Positions 23,637 through 36,337 of a DNA stretch of 64,000 nucleotides are shown one piece after another. The notes beneath the pieces are model-generated. The model was given only the letters and a program-made list of their open reading frames with translations. It was not told the origin of the DNA and made no database searches. Within the stretch, counting starts at the first letter, position 1; each line of letters opens with the position of its first letter. This DNA is from Microthyrium microscopicum (Eukaryota): the NCBI GenBank assembly GCA_010405405.1, contig MU004244.1, positions 561,895 to 625,894 of the forward strand. The letters are read 5' to 3'. The position numbers and the translations under genes were made by a program.

Positions 23637-25775
23637 TCATACCAGACACAATTTTTCGGCGCGAAAAGTCATGTCTTCAATGGTGAGATCACCGGTCGCC
23701 GAGCTTGTCCAAAGTTGCGGATACACGGCACGGTTTAAATACCGCCTTGAGTATGCTAGACCTACTCGTTCGTAGTGTCCTTCTGAGTTGCGTTTCACAA
23801 GAAGACCCACCATCATACCGCCACGGTTTGTCTTCGCACCTCTTGTACCTATATGCAGGAATTTGGTCGTTTTTCTCTCAAGACTGCTTCCAGTCAGTCG
23901 CTCCTCTAATCTCAAGGGCCACGTCAAGCCCAAGTCAATTACTCTAGCTTGAAGATAGATACGAGGAGATCGGTTCTCCAAGCTCGCCAAGTCGATTTCC
24001 AAGTCTTGAATCCAATATATGGAAGAATCAAGGTTTTCAAATCCAATTGGGCCCATCGCACCCGTAAAATACTGTTTTGGCAGGACTTCGTCCGCCGTGC
24101 CTAAGCTTCGAGACCAGCCATGGTCTTCCATTTGTAGTGGCGTATTGCTCTGCCATCCGGCCCATGACCAGCTAGGGAAGCCTTGACGGCGCGTGGCCTC
24201 CCCTTTATAACTCCAAGTCAGTGCCAAACTAATTGCCGTTAGTGTTGTGGTGAGGTGTGGATTGTTGATTTTCAACGGTATTCCCCAAAAATGAAACAAC
24301 CTTGGAGAGGCGACTCTTTGAAAGACTTTAAGTACACCCGAGATGGCATTCAGAGTGTCGCGTTCGAAAGTTAGAGTTCGCTTCGAATATTCATTGATCC
24401 TCAAAAAGAAATCGTCTATGTTACTCGCAAAACTAACAGGTGGATATAATCTCGAGAATGAGATCTCGTCAGGAAACCTTGTAGAGTGGCGAACATGCCA
24501 AAGATCTAAAGGCATTCTGATGGATTCTAGACAGTGCATTCCTAGACATTGCCAGTACACTTGGTGATCGGTAAATATCAGCCGTCTTTTAGACAATAGG
24601 CCTTCTTGATAGGTCCAGCCTCGACTGGCCCATTTAGAGTCCTGAATTGCTCCAACCGGATTTGGCAAGGAAGACACCAAGCTGAAGTTGCCTAATTTGA
24701 CGCGAGGCTGTCGCATTCGAGGTACACTTCCAACGCCTGCCAGACCGCTTGGTGAATCTTTTCCTGTGGCAGCGATGATAGTCAACAAGGATCCCTCATA
24801 TATGCTGTCCATTCTAGAGATCTGATTGTGGGTCTGTGTTTCATTCTCCTGATCTATACAGTATCTATCCACCCAAAGATACTGTTCTCCCAAACTTTTG
24901 ACCACCTGGATGGCATCTTCTATGACTGTAGGACAGTATTGCGGCAGAGTCGGGGAATATTTTGTATCAGCATCCAAGCTGTGGCTATCTTTCCATACGT
25001 AGCTTAATGCCAGGTATTTGACATTCCGAGAAGGTTCGATTACACAACGTGTATGGCAATCGATTAGTTTAAATCCTGACGGGTAAGATTCAGCGATCAG
25101 TTTGCACTGGTATCCATGGTTTTTGTTACAGAAGTGGATCCAATCTTTTATGATGTCCCAATCAATCCGCCTTTCATTCAAGATACGCCCTCGCAGCTTC
25201 TCTGGGTCGCCGGTAGCATTACTATCAGCTTGAAGTATAAAGCCTGGGCTCTGTCGGTCATAGATCGTTTGTTCCCAGCTTAGTTCTTGCTTCAAGTTCA
25301 ACCCGTTTGCGGCGCATTCATATTCATCAATTCTCGTCCCCCTCGGGAAAACACCAAACGAAATGGTCTTTGAGGTAGTTTTAAACCAAGGCATGTGCCA
25401 AATGTGATTTGCTGAAAAGGCTTTCAAGGCGAATTGGACGGTGGCCTGTCCCTGAGACGACCATATTTCTTCCAGTGTATCCGGATCAATACAACGTTTC
25501 TCCTCACGTAGCACCTCAACTTCTTGACTTGGTACTATCATGGCAAAGAAAAATCTACATGCTGGACATATCGATTGTGGACTTGGATTTCCTATGCAGG
25601 CTTCCCATTCGCTGAACTTTATGCTGTCGAAGCTGGCCAGGCCTGTCTCGTTCGAGAATATTGCATTGAGATCAAGACTTGCACAGTCTTCGCAGACCTC
25701 ATCATTAATCGCTCCCGGTTCTTGACTGATTTTGGCTTCCTCTTGAGCTTCAATCTTGTCATGTTCCATTATCAT
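23637..25775 (-). CDS. HET-domain (heterokaryon incompatibility) protein
   Basis: 712-aa ORF with YLALSYVW, PTVIEDAIQV...YLWVDRYCIDQ, QISRMDSIYEGSLLTIIAA, WASRGWTYQEGLLSKRRLIF, FPSWSWAGW, YERVGL. Confidence 0.93.
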   Translation of the reverse strand: MIMEHDKIEAQEEAKISQEPGAINDEVCEDCASLDLNAIFSNETGLASFDSIKFSEWEACIGNPSPQSICPACRFFFAMIVPSQEVEVLREEKRCIDPDTLEEIWSSQGQATVQFALKAFSANHIWHMPWFKTTSKTISFGVFPRGTRIDEYECAANGLNLKQELSWEQTIYDRQSPGFILQADSNATGDPEKLRGRILNERRIDWDIIKDWIHFCNKNHGYQCKLIAESYPSGFKLIDCHTRCVIEPSRNVKYLALSYVWKDSHSLDADTKYSPTLPQYCPTVIEDAIQVVKSLGEQYLWVDRYCIDQENETQTHNQISRMDSIYEGSLLTIIAATGKDSPSGLAGVGSVPRMRQPRVKLGNFSLVSSLPNPVGAIQDSKWASRGWTYQEGLLSKRRLIFTDHQVYWQCLGMHCLESIRMPLDLWHVRHSTRFPDEISFSRLYPPVSFASNIDDFFLRINEYSKRTLTFERDTLNAISGVLKVFQRVASPRLFHFWGIPLKINNPHLTTTLTAISLALTWSYKGEATRRQGFPSWSWAGWQSNTPLQMEDHGWSRSLGTADEVLPKQYFTGAMGPIGFENLDSSIYWIQDLEIDLASLENRSPRIYLQARVIDLGLTWPLRLEERLTGSSLERKTTKFLHIGTRGAKTNRGGMMVGLLVKRNSEGHYERVGLAYSRRYLNRAVYPQLWTSSATGDLTIEDMTFRAEKLCLV

Positions 25776-26394
25776 TGGTATTCTTTCCGCTGCTTTCTGC
25801 GCAAAAAAGGAGGGTGTCTAGAATCCAATCTTAGTCAATAGGTAGATTCATAGCTACTCCGATGAATCCTTACGTTAATGGCTATCTCTACCGGTTCAGG
25901 AACGATACATCTATGGCCTTGCGGTCGCCTGTACGTGGCATGTATAAGGAAAAGTGAACAAGATCAGAGCTCTATGGCACGCATTAGGCGAGAGGATCGT
26001 AATTCAGATTTACCCAAGAACAATAAAAAGATTGCAAAATATCACGTCTGCAATCGACATGAAACTAGAGACGAGGGTCTTTTTATCGTCCAGTAAGATG
26101 TGCTCAAGCTATACACCGCCACTTCGTCCTGCAAAGCATCAGGCTGAGGCATAGCTCCTTTCACGGAGCACAGGCGAAAAGAAACTCTCCTACAGTGCAC
26201 AGAGAGGTAAAGCTACTGAAGGTTGAATTGAATCAGAGACAATGGAAAACAGATCGTAGAGTTTTTTTTCATAATTGATAGTGAATTATATCCTACTCGT
26301 TTGTAATAATAATATGCAGGACAATCGCCTTCGAACCATTATGCTCGTGGAATGTTTGCATTGGGTTATGGAGCTCGAAGGTAAGTTAGATTGT

Positions 26395-27338
26395 TCATTT
26401 CCATCCCTTGGTTTGGATCTCAAAGCCACCAGCAATGAGAGGAGAGCTCTTGTCAAAGATGGCAGACTTGGCCTTGGTATCATTGCGGAAAACATATTCG
26501 AAGAATGCAACACCGGCCTTTCCGAAAAGACCACCTTGGATCTCGCCGTAAGTACCTCCGTGTCCAGCACCGTCCTTGTTGAACAAGATAGCTGGGGTGG
26601 TAGCTGGAATAGTCTTGTACTCTGCGAGTCCCTGAAAGTTGTCAGATTTTGCGGGAGGGAAATACTTAATTGAACAACTTACGTTCTTGTAGGCAATATC
26701 ACCAGTGCCTCCGAGGAAATAGGCGATTGGGTTCTTGACCTTGGAGATGTTGGGGTTGGTGGAGAATGAACCACTGTTGAACATGCCAGTAGCCTTGATT
26801 CTTGGATCGGACATTGTGACTGTCAAGGCCTCAATGCCACCACAGCTCTGACCGGCAGCACCAATTCTGGTCATGTCGATCTTTCCGTACTTTCCACCGT
26901 CACCACCCTTGGCAACCCAGTCAATGGATTGGGTCAACATGCTAGCGGTGGTTGAACCGCTGCCCATTGGGGAACCTGGGGTGCCTGGTGGGCCGTTGGC
27001 AATAATAACGTATCCATGGCTGGCGATTTCAGTCAAAAGGTTGACGAAAGCGGTACCCTGGTTGGCGCAAGCACCTTCAGAACTCGTCAGTTGACTTTCA
27101 ATTTTGAACATTATGCTCTCTCACCTTCTCCCCATACAATCAGAGGCATTGGCTCTGCTGGAGGGGTCTTTGGCGAATAGATGGTGTGCTTTGCGAGCGC
27201 TGGATCAGCCTTGTATGAAGCCTTGTGAGGGCCTGATCCACCAGAATCATCTTTGCGGTACGGGCTGACGATTGATCCGCCACCCTTTTGTGCGGCCACA
27301 GAGGCGATAAGCGCCGAGACGATAATAGATTGACGCAT
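26395..27338 (-). CDS. Secreted alpha/beta-hydrolase (GQSCGG esterase), 3 exons
   Basis: Signal peptide MRQSIIVSALIASVAA; LIVWGE/GAC, EIASHGY, nucleophile elbow GQSCGG, GGTGDIAY (Asp), AGHGGTY (His). Confidence 0.85.
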
Positions 27339-28647
27339 TTTGAACTTTCAGTAAGGAACGTGTGGAGTAATTTCTGGGACTCAAAAAAGGGAATATTCTA
27401 CTTTATAGTCAAGGTCATCAATTGAATGTCGGGCGTTCCAAAGCAAGGGTAATGTAGATGGAAATGAGCCAATATAGCTGGGGACTGGCTTGTAAATTAG
27501 GCGATCGAAATACTGCGGATGAGAGATCTTCATACAACGCCAAACGCAAGTTAAGAGGAACTGTATAACAATTTTCGGGAGACCCGAAGCTGAATACTGG
27601 AGACCAAAGGTGACCACCAATTTAGGACGAATAGCTAGTATATTCGGCTCATACCGATAGATCGAAACCGTCCTCATTGGTATTAGACGATGGGACTTAA
27701 GTGACATATGACCTATATAGATACATTAAGAATCATATTCATTTAGCCACTAGGTAACCTCTTAAGTCATTAGATTTCGACAAGGATTCTCATCATATCG
27801 TTAGAACCCTTCTGCCCTATGCAACGCGTCGCTCATATTCAATTAGTCTTGCATAGATTGTGAATTGGTGCCAATGAACCATTAGATATGGGGCAAACAT
27901 GGTCTTGATCTCAGTAGAGGTTTGATTAGTGCTCTATGCTCACGTCATTTATCGCTACCGCCATACATCTTACGGAATCATAATTTCATCTTTCATACTT
28001 GGCGGATCGGCCAGAAATGTTTCTGTTGACACTTGTAAATGTAGGTTTTTTAGAACAAAATGCTATTATCCCGCGTCTCATAGGAGCCCCAGGTATGTAG
28101 GATGTAGTACTGTGAAATATACGTGCCATAACGATTTCCAATTTAGTGCTTCGTCCTTATCACCAACGACACGGAGTTCTTATAAGATGCATTTTCTGGG
28201 AAGCCCTCAGGAAGTCTCCAGTAATATTTAAGAAGCAAATAAATTTCTCATTCGTCATTGATCATGCAGTTCTTGAGGTCATAGTTTATGCTACAGTGTT
28301 GATAGCCATCATGATGATATTATTCCACCATCTCGGTATGATTCTGACTGCTACAGGATTTGACCATGGGTACAAATCGATCTGTATTTCAGGAAGCTGC
28401 TGTGAGCTCCTCCGCTGGTCATTCGCGTCATATCTTGATGACAAGACGTGAAGCCATTAGCGAGCAGCATTTTTAATCACCTTGTCAAGTGTGCCATCCG
28501 AAGTCTACTTTATCACGAAGTCAGCAGGCGCCAGTCGATTCGAATGAGATATCTTAAATCACTTACAGCGCACTAGCTCGGTTCGTTATTCCGTACCCTT
28601 GCAACGAAGGCAAAGTATCAAGCCGATAGTCCAAACGACTCAAAACT

Positions 28648-30998
28648 CTACTGCGGTATGGGATCAGACAATCCATGCTCAAAGAAGTCGAACGTATCTG
28701 GGTCAATCTGATAGTCGCCGTTGTAACCTTGGAGAAATGTTGCAAAATCCGTAAAAGGTAGTCCAGGAACATTCAGCAGACTTTGATCAACTTGTTGTTG
28801 CTTGGCCTCTGTGCTGTCTCCCAACAAAGATGAGGAGTAATCTGCCACGAAGTGCCCGATTTTGTGAGCAACACTGCACTCCTCGATGGTATCAAGAACT
28901 TCAAGTGATTGGTTGATATACTCGATATGAGGCGATGATTTTCGAACGTCTGGTGATTCCTGGGCTAAATCCGATAAGAAAACAAGCAATCCAAGTGCTA
29001 TATATGTTGTGTTATGACCCCTGAATGTCATGTTAGTCTCTGTTTCTACCAACATAGATCGAGCTTACCAAGTCCGGTAGAAGTAATGCATGCGATAAGT
29101 CCAATGAAGGACCTTAATCATGTCTCTTGCAGCACTCCTACATTTTTCGACAGCAGGATATATTTGATCTGCAGGTATGAGTCCTTTTGCAACCAACTTT
29201 TCTCTGTGGATGAAAAAGAGATAGAACAAGATAACTTTGACGTGAAGATATCCTAGATTTGTCAGTAATGGTGATCTGCCCCAATTTGTTGATTGACTTA
29301 CTTATTTTCAAGGTCAACATTTGTAGCCTTGGCCAGTAAGGACTTCGCATGTTGCCTGAGTTTTGCAGTGACTCCACAGAAGATGCGGATGGCGGTCGAA
29401 TAATCAGAGGAAGATTGTTTAGCCACTGATCCAATTCCGACTCTATTTGTAGAGCTCGTCGTAGTTTCTCCTCCGGTCTTGCGCGGCTAAGGTATATCTC
29501 TGCCGAAACTTTGCGAATGATATGAGATAGTTGATGCGTGACAGGGATGATGACATTCTCGGTATCATCAATTGGAGGCAAAGGTCTGTTGTGATAGCTT
29601 TCGAAGCCAAGAGTATCTGGTCTACCCAGAGTGAAGCTCAACTCGATTTCCAGGTTGTAGAGCTCCCACCATGTCCTGCCAACGGTGAAATTTGGAGAAT
29701 CCTGGGGGAAATTTCGGTTGGCGAATTCCACCTTTCGATTTATGCCAGTAGAAAACGCTGTACGGATTGCTCTGCCGAGGAAAGCATATGCAAGATTCAG
29801 TTCCAATTGTTGCTGGCATATCAAAGCGAGCATAAATGGAGCTTGAACAGCCTCGAGGTCATTGACGGAGCCATTGCGACCAAGGGCGTGTTCGGCTTTC
29901 TCGAACAATAATCTGCTCCATTCCAGTCTGTTCATGCCATTGATAGAGGTCTCGGTCCAGATTCGAACACAAGCACCTAAAGAAAGTACACTGAAGTACA
30001 ATGCTAGAAAACTTGGCCGCAAGAAATGAGTTCGGCCGGTCCAGAGATCATTACATCTCTTCATAAACCAAGCTTGATCCAGGATAGGGTGAACAAAGTG
30101 TAGCGTTTTGAAGTAAGCATCAATGAACAGGAAAGCGTTCAGGGCGAATGTCTCCTCGCGAGAGATATCAAAATGCTGGTCATGTCCAACAGGCTGACCC
30201 AGAAAATGCTCGTTGTGGAACTCGTTGACAATAGATCGCTGACGCTCACATGGATCAATAGCAGGAGAACCCGCCTGTGAACTAGCTCGACTTTGTTGCT
30301 CCTTGTGTAGACCGTTGAACAGCGCGATTACTGATGTCTTGCCGTGAAACTCGAAATTCTTGGTTTGGCTGTTGATGTCCATAAGTTCCTCACTGTTCAT
30401 AGGGTTGGCCTCATCGGCTCCTTGATCTTGCCTCGCTCCACCAATACTGCTAAGAACAGGTGCCGGCGCATTACTTGTGACAGATTGCGGGGGTAGATTC
30501 TGTGATTTGACAATACTAGAGCTTGCGCCAGCTTCGTATGGCACCGAATAGGTTGATGCTGTTGAATTCGGAGACTGGTTTTCCGCGAATACTTTCTCGA
30601 AATTTCTTATCACTGCTTCTGCAGCATCAAGCTTCTTCTTGAGCTCTCCCACAGAACTACACAAACGGGCCGATTAGTGGGGGCATTTAAGGATAGAGTA
30701 ACTGATTGACCCACGCAATAGAAAAGTCTGTGACATTGCCAGTGTCGCTATCAGTGAGATGAAAAATGCATTCTATCCCTCTTCCTACGATTTGGTTAGC
30801 CAAAATGAAGAGGATTTTCACCAAGTCGACAGGGTCCATACTTCTACAATGCATGCATGGCAAATGCCCGTCGCACTTGTATTTCTTTGCTCTACAAAGA
30901 TCACACGCTAGGATTGTGCGATGGCGCCTTGACTTCTCGCCCGTTGTTCTCTTCCGCGCCTGCATTTTTTGATTTGGTGGATTAGAATTGTCAGTCAT
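28648..30998 (-). CDS. Zn2Cys6 transcription factor with fungal-specific TF domain, 5 exons
   Basis: Spliced CDLCRAKKYKCDGHLPCMHCR/RRGIEC; FEFHGKTS; YFKTLHFVHPILD; RTWWELYNLEIELSFTLGRP; FYRTW/GHNTTY. Confidence 0.9.
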
Positions 30999-32474
30999 TT
31001 GGAGGCATCTCAGGATTGACTGTTGTAGGATAAAATGGCTTTGAGAAAACGCATGATATTCTTGAACGCAGCTGAGTAAAGGTGAAACGGGGTTTCGCCC
31101 TTGAATCCATAGAGTGAGTGTCTGTGGGCACAACCCTTAATGGGCCCAAAAAGTTAAGTGTAGATCTATGAACTGTCGTTCTGGGGATTAGATGAAATAT
31201 GATCCTGGAAAAGTTGTTTTAGTGGAACCGCACGGGTTATTGATTCTGGATTCTGGTAGGCATTGTCTTCAGGGAACGGAGAGTTTCCCACTAGAGTTAG
31301 TAACGGAAAGACCCATCGTCCGGAAGAAAGCCGACACAGATGAGTATGTGATTTGACCCAATAGCATATCGAAACAAAGTCAAAACCCAACCGTTGGTCT
31401 CCAACTATTTTTGAGTAGCACTAATCTACTCTAAGAAGTGTCTTCGAGGTTTGATCTCTGAACCAATCCACACGTGGTTTAGCTGATATTTGGCGAGACT
31501 TATAGGACACGTTCAATGAGAGTCTACTCATAAAATTTCCTAGGGCTATCACCCGCGCGCGTCAAGGGTCAGTCAGCTCTTATGGTGAGAGTACATGGTT
31601 TGGAAAACGTGCCTGAACTCGTGGCCGGTCGAGATCTACCGTAACCAGCACGATACAAACTACTTACTTGGGTAATGTATTGATACTTCCCACAACTGCT
31701 AGTGCCACTGCCTTATGTTTTGGCGTCATTATTTTCTTCAGAGAGTTTGAGCACCGGGAAGTTTACCCTAATATCATGCCAGCTTGAAAACGTTACTGAA
31801 CAGTTATCATGTCACATAACTATCAGAGAAGTATCAGATACTTCCCACGACATTGAACAGGAACAAATCCAGGACGCGCCAGTAATATATTCACCTTGAT
31901 CATATCAGGTCTGCGATATAGAAAGTCTTCCCCAGCACTTTGGGAGCCTTCCCAGGTAATGTATGTTTCTAAACGACTGCCGAATTCCCACTTTTTGACT
32001 GGGGAAATCAAATCAAATGTCAGCCTGTCTGGCAGTGAGTAGTCGCCACAAGCTAAATCAAACTACCGTGCAGATTGGAATCACGAGTTAGTGAATCTTG
32101 GTTCCAGAGAGAGAAAGGAGCTTGGGAATAACTAATGTGGCTGAGTTTAATATCTTCAGTGATTGTTGAGCAGCGACTCTATAGCGAGCTCTGGCCTATT
32201 GCTATGGACTCTCTTCCATATGACTATTCAGTAATAGAGGGCAGTAATAAGAGAGGCTTAAAATGTATAGAACATTCTATTATTCTTCCCAAGCTCCCGG
32301 AAACCTATGGTCGGGAATTCCGAACTGCGCATTTATTGGTCACTCTATCAAGGGTTGTAGGTATAGTGACTCGTGAATGTCCGAGCCAAAATAAAGAATG
32401 TAAGTAGGTGAATAGTATTGATAGCTAAAGCCTTTGCGAGGTAGACTCGAAGTAACGATTGTCAAGAGAACAAA

Positions 32475-34605
32475 ATGCTGTTTCGAGTGCTTGCCGTAGC
32501 TCTCGCTGGCCTCCAGCTTGCATTGGGCGTGCCACTTGAGCAAAATGCAATTAAAGCGGAAGTTGGAGCAAAAGTAGATGTCGCGTTCTCGAACCATGTT
32601 AGATATCTTTTCGATACAGACGGGAACCAAGTAGACGCCTATGGCAGCAAGGTTAATTGTAAGAAATCATATCTTTAAAAAAATGATTAGACACTAACAT
32701 ATCCTAGTTCTAGGTAGGAAGCTGAAATACGAGGTACTCTATATTCATCCGAATGGCTAATAGTGACCCAGATGGAACATACTATTTGTATGGTAATGCG
32801 TATGGAGGAAGTGGGATGGGTCAGTCAGAAATCAGTCAATATTCGTCTAACGATCTGGTTCACTGGTAAGAGAATATCAAATAACACTTTATCCTCGAGA
32901 TAATAACATTTGTAGGAAATATGAGGGCCTCATATGTACCGGCTCAGCTGGATGTGGAGGTGGCCGACCTCATATCATATTCAACGAGAAGACTAAGAAA
33001 TACGTTCTCTGGACTGACAATGGATTTGATGGATATCAATACGCGACTTCTGATTCACCAAAGACTCCTTTCACTAAAGCATCCGCTCGTGCCAAGATTG
33101 ATCCGAAACACGATGCCTTGAAGCCAGCTGATTTTGGGATTGAAACAATTAGTAAGTTTAAATGCTCAAAAGCGAGAATTTTGAAGTCGTTCGCTAATCA
33201 TATCTTCAGATGGTACTGGATACGCGGCTTATTCAGTCCTAAACTTCAACTACAAGCAAGCAGGATCCATCTGGCCACCAATTAATCAATCAATGTACAT
33301 TAGCAAGCTTAATGATGACTACGTAAGCTTGAAGTTTGTGTTTCTAAACCAAACTCTGCTAACAAGAATCATAGACTTCGACAGATCTCAATGGCCGGTT
33401 GATAGCATCTGACAAAGGCTTCGATCTCATTGATAACGAAGCAGAGTCGCCTGATCTGTTTTTCCGTAATGGGTGGTTCTGTGAGTCTGATTCTACATGT
33501 GGAAACTTGGAGAAATTCTAACATACATACAGATGTTTCCGCCAGTAACACGTGCGGTAACTGTAACGGCTCAATTGGCCTACTTTATCGTGCGAAATCG
33601 ATTGATGGCCCATGGATTCGTCAAATTCTCTCAGGCGACTCTTGCGCAGGTCAAGTTGAAGGAGTCTTTCCAGTCAATACTGGCTCCGGAGAGCCAACTT
33701 ATGTCTGGCACTCCACTGCAGTTCGTAAGTGTTTCATTAAGTCTTCGAAGATCCAGGTCTAACGAAATTCAGCTGGAGGTCCAAGAGTGATGTGGAGTGG
33801 TCATATCTTCCAGCCGCTTGAATTCAGAGCAGATGGAAGTGCGAAAGAACTTGACTGTGCCCCCAAGGCCAGCTTTAAGATCTCTCATCAAGCTGGAACG
33901 AAGTCTGTCCCCACTGGTAAAGCTATGAGTGCCGCAGATGGATCTCCACATATCGCAGATGTAGGTTCTGAAGAGACCAATGACAGCCCTATTGTATACT
34001 GATTCTCAGCAGTACACTCCAGTCTGTGATTCCGACCTTTTCACTCTTTACCAAACATTTACTACCTCCAAAGCCGGCACTTTGAAGGAAGTGTCCGTCA
34101 ATGTCGCGAAAGGACGACAACTTATGCCTCTTGTCATCTCCGTCTTCAGATTCAGCTCTTATTCGGATCTAGTCGCCCCCAAGTAAGTTCATGTCACTAC
34201 CTGCATACATCAACTCCATATCTCCCAACGCCAAACTTCCTATCTGCCTTCAAAGTCTAACAATTCCCCAGCTACATCTACGAAAAACTCGGCTCAAGAA
34301 TGGTCTTACCGTCCTTCGCCACAGACCTACTAACGACCTTCAACGCCATCACCGTATCCAATCTGACCGCCACAGTCAAAGCAGGAGACCACATTGGCAT
34401 ATCAATCACCGGCTCCGACTTTTCGCCTTACTGCCATCTGGAATATGATACCAAGGCGTTTGCAAAGACCCTCGGTGCGTCGACCGCACCCAAGCTATTA
34501 GTTCAAGGCGCTGGGCAGAATAGCTGGAGAGGAGATAATGGGAAGGGAAGTCCGGTATATGAGAGAGAAGGGAAAAGTATCAAGTTCTTTGCTAGGATTG
34601 ATTAA
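32475..34605 (+). CDS. Secreted GH43-like beta-propeller hydrolase (resembles GH43_24 exo-beta-1,3-galactanases) with extra C-terminal domain, about 10 introns
   Basis: Signal peptide; FDTDGNQVDAYGSKVN/FL/DGTYYLYG, YSSNDLVHW/KYEG, GRPHIIFNEKTKKYVLW, EAESPDLFFRNGWF/Y, AKSIDGPW. All joins are in frame using GT-AG introns. Confidence 0.8.
32708..32713 (+). other. 6-nt micro-exon (TTCTAG) of the secreted GH43 gene
   Basis: Flanked upstream by ctaac...cctag and downstream by gtagga...gctaat...cccag. Inclusion gives KVN-F-L-D-GTYYLYG. Confidence 0.7.
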
Positions 34606-35028
34606 TGTGGTGATGAGTGGGTGTTGTGGATAGGAATTTATGAAATAGGGGTAGATGGAACTGGAGCTGGGATGGTAATGTTGATAAGTTTGGATCATTC
34701 ATGATCAGACAACGTCGAAAATCATGATGTAATTTCATCAATCGAAAAGATCGAGCGTCTTAGCCTTGCTAAGGTGAAGTTACGGAGTCGTCCCTTGGAA
34801 TTGAGCCATTGATGAAAAATGTTTAGGATATAGTAATCTCATTCGCGAGACAATTGGATTTATTCGCTCTCAAAGTGGTATCAAAATAGAAATGACAAAG
34901 ATGTGGTAAAGGACCGCTGAGAAAGGTATAATGGCACCAAAAAAGTGCATATGACCCGAATGCTCACCTCCAACGCCTTGAATATGCTGCATCAACTCAA
35001 AAGCAAGCTACTTAATCCAAATCCAATA

Positions 35029-36283
35029 TTATGAAGGCCCAAGCAAACGGTCTTCTTCTCGTCGAGCCAATTCTTCCCTTCCTTCATGTTGCATCCGATG
35101 GACAAGCGTTTTTAACGTCTCATAAGTCAACATGGTAGTCATGGCTGCCGGTACAGCCCTGATGAGGTTCGTTCCCATACCGGAGTAGAAGGCACGCCAG
35201 CCTTCTTCCAAAATTATAGTTTTGATAGTCCGGAGCATGCCTTTGTAACGCGGTATATTGATCATGCCATCGGATGATGCAGTCCCAGGTCCTCTACTAG
35301 TTGCCGAATGGCCCATGCCACCTCGAAAAGAAATCTCCTCCATGGACGATGAGGGTGTTGTCCGTTGTTGGGTCTGCAATCGTGTTCTAAGGACCTCGTG
35401 TGGGTATGTTGCCGAGGTGGCACATACTTTGCTGATAAATGTTGCAGCACTTATTCCAACAAGATAATGTTTTTGTTCTGATTCTGCGTGGTTTTCTCCC
35501 ATCTCCAGTCCTGTGAACTGCAGCTTCAAATACTCGTACAGTGGAAATTGTATCGCAACATGGGAAAGTCCCAGGAGTGCTGGGCCTAAGCCAGAGTAAA
35601 ATACACGAAGTCCTTCTGAGTGGTACATCTTCCGGGCCGCATCTATTGTCCCTCGATATTGCCAAGGAGGCCGAGCTTCGGCTGGTGCTTTGATGCCAAC
35701 TTGGGACATAAGTCGTGTTTTGATGACCCATATTGGATTGGTGACGAGTGTTGAGCAAGCTCCGGCAGTGATGGAGGCATACACTTTACCAGTCCATTTG
35801 TTTTCTGGTACTATTAGAAACCCACATATGCTGGATAGTAAACTTATACATACCAACATGCTTGGCCCAATATGTCCTTGCTTCATCATACACGCTCATG
35901 TAAACCGCCCAAGTCGGAAGGTAACCAAGGAGCATAGGTCCCAATCCTCGGTACATCCCCCGTAAGCCATCCTGTATCCATATCGTCCTGGCCGTACCCA
36001 GAAATCCACGGTAAAGGGCGCTTGGGGGTGCTCCGCCAGGTCTCATTATTCTTCTAAACGATCCCTGTGCTTGTAACCGCGTCTTGATAACATCCAAAGG
36101 ACAAGTGACGAATCCCGACGCCATTCCAGCCACTGCGCCGCATAGGCTGTTCACCGTCGATTCCGGAAGCCTGGCGCAATATATCGACATCTGAGAGGCT
36201 TTGTGTTGAGCTACCTGAAGGGCCTGCGCGCTGACCTTTGGCCCCGAGGGAGGCAAGCCCGTCGTGGAGTTTTCTCTTGACAT
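35029..36283 (-). CDS. NDT1: Mitochondrial carrier, NAD+ transporter type, 2 exons (start may be at 36337)
   Basis: Three carrier repeats (PLDVIKTRLQAQ, PIWVIKTRLMSQ, PHEVLRTRLQTQ), plus LGYLPTWAVY and HVAIQFPLYEYLK typical of NDT1/2. Confidence 0.85.
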
Positions 36284-36337
36284 GGTAGGCCACCACCCAC
36301 TACCAGCTTTACGATCAACAGCTTCTGAGCAGTGCAT

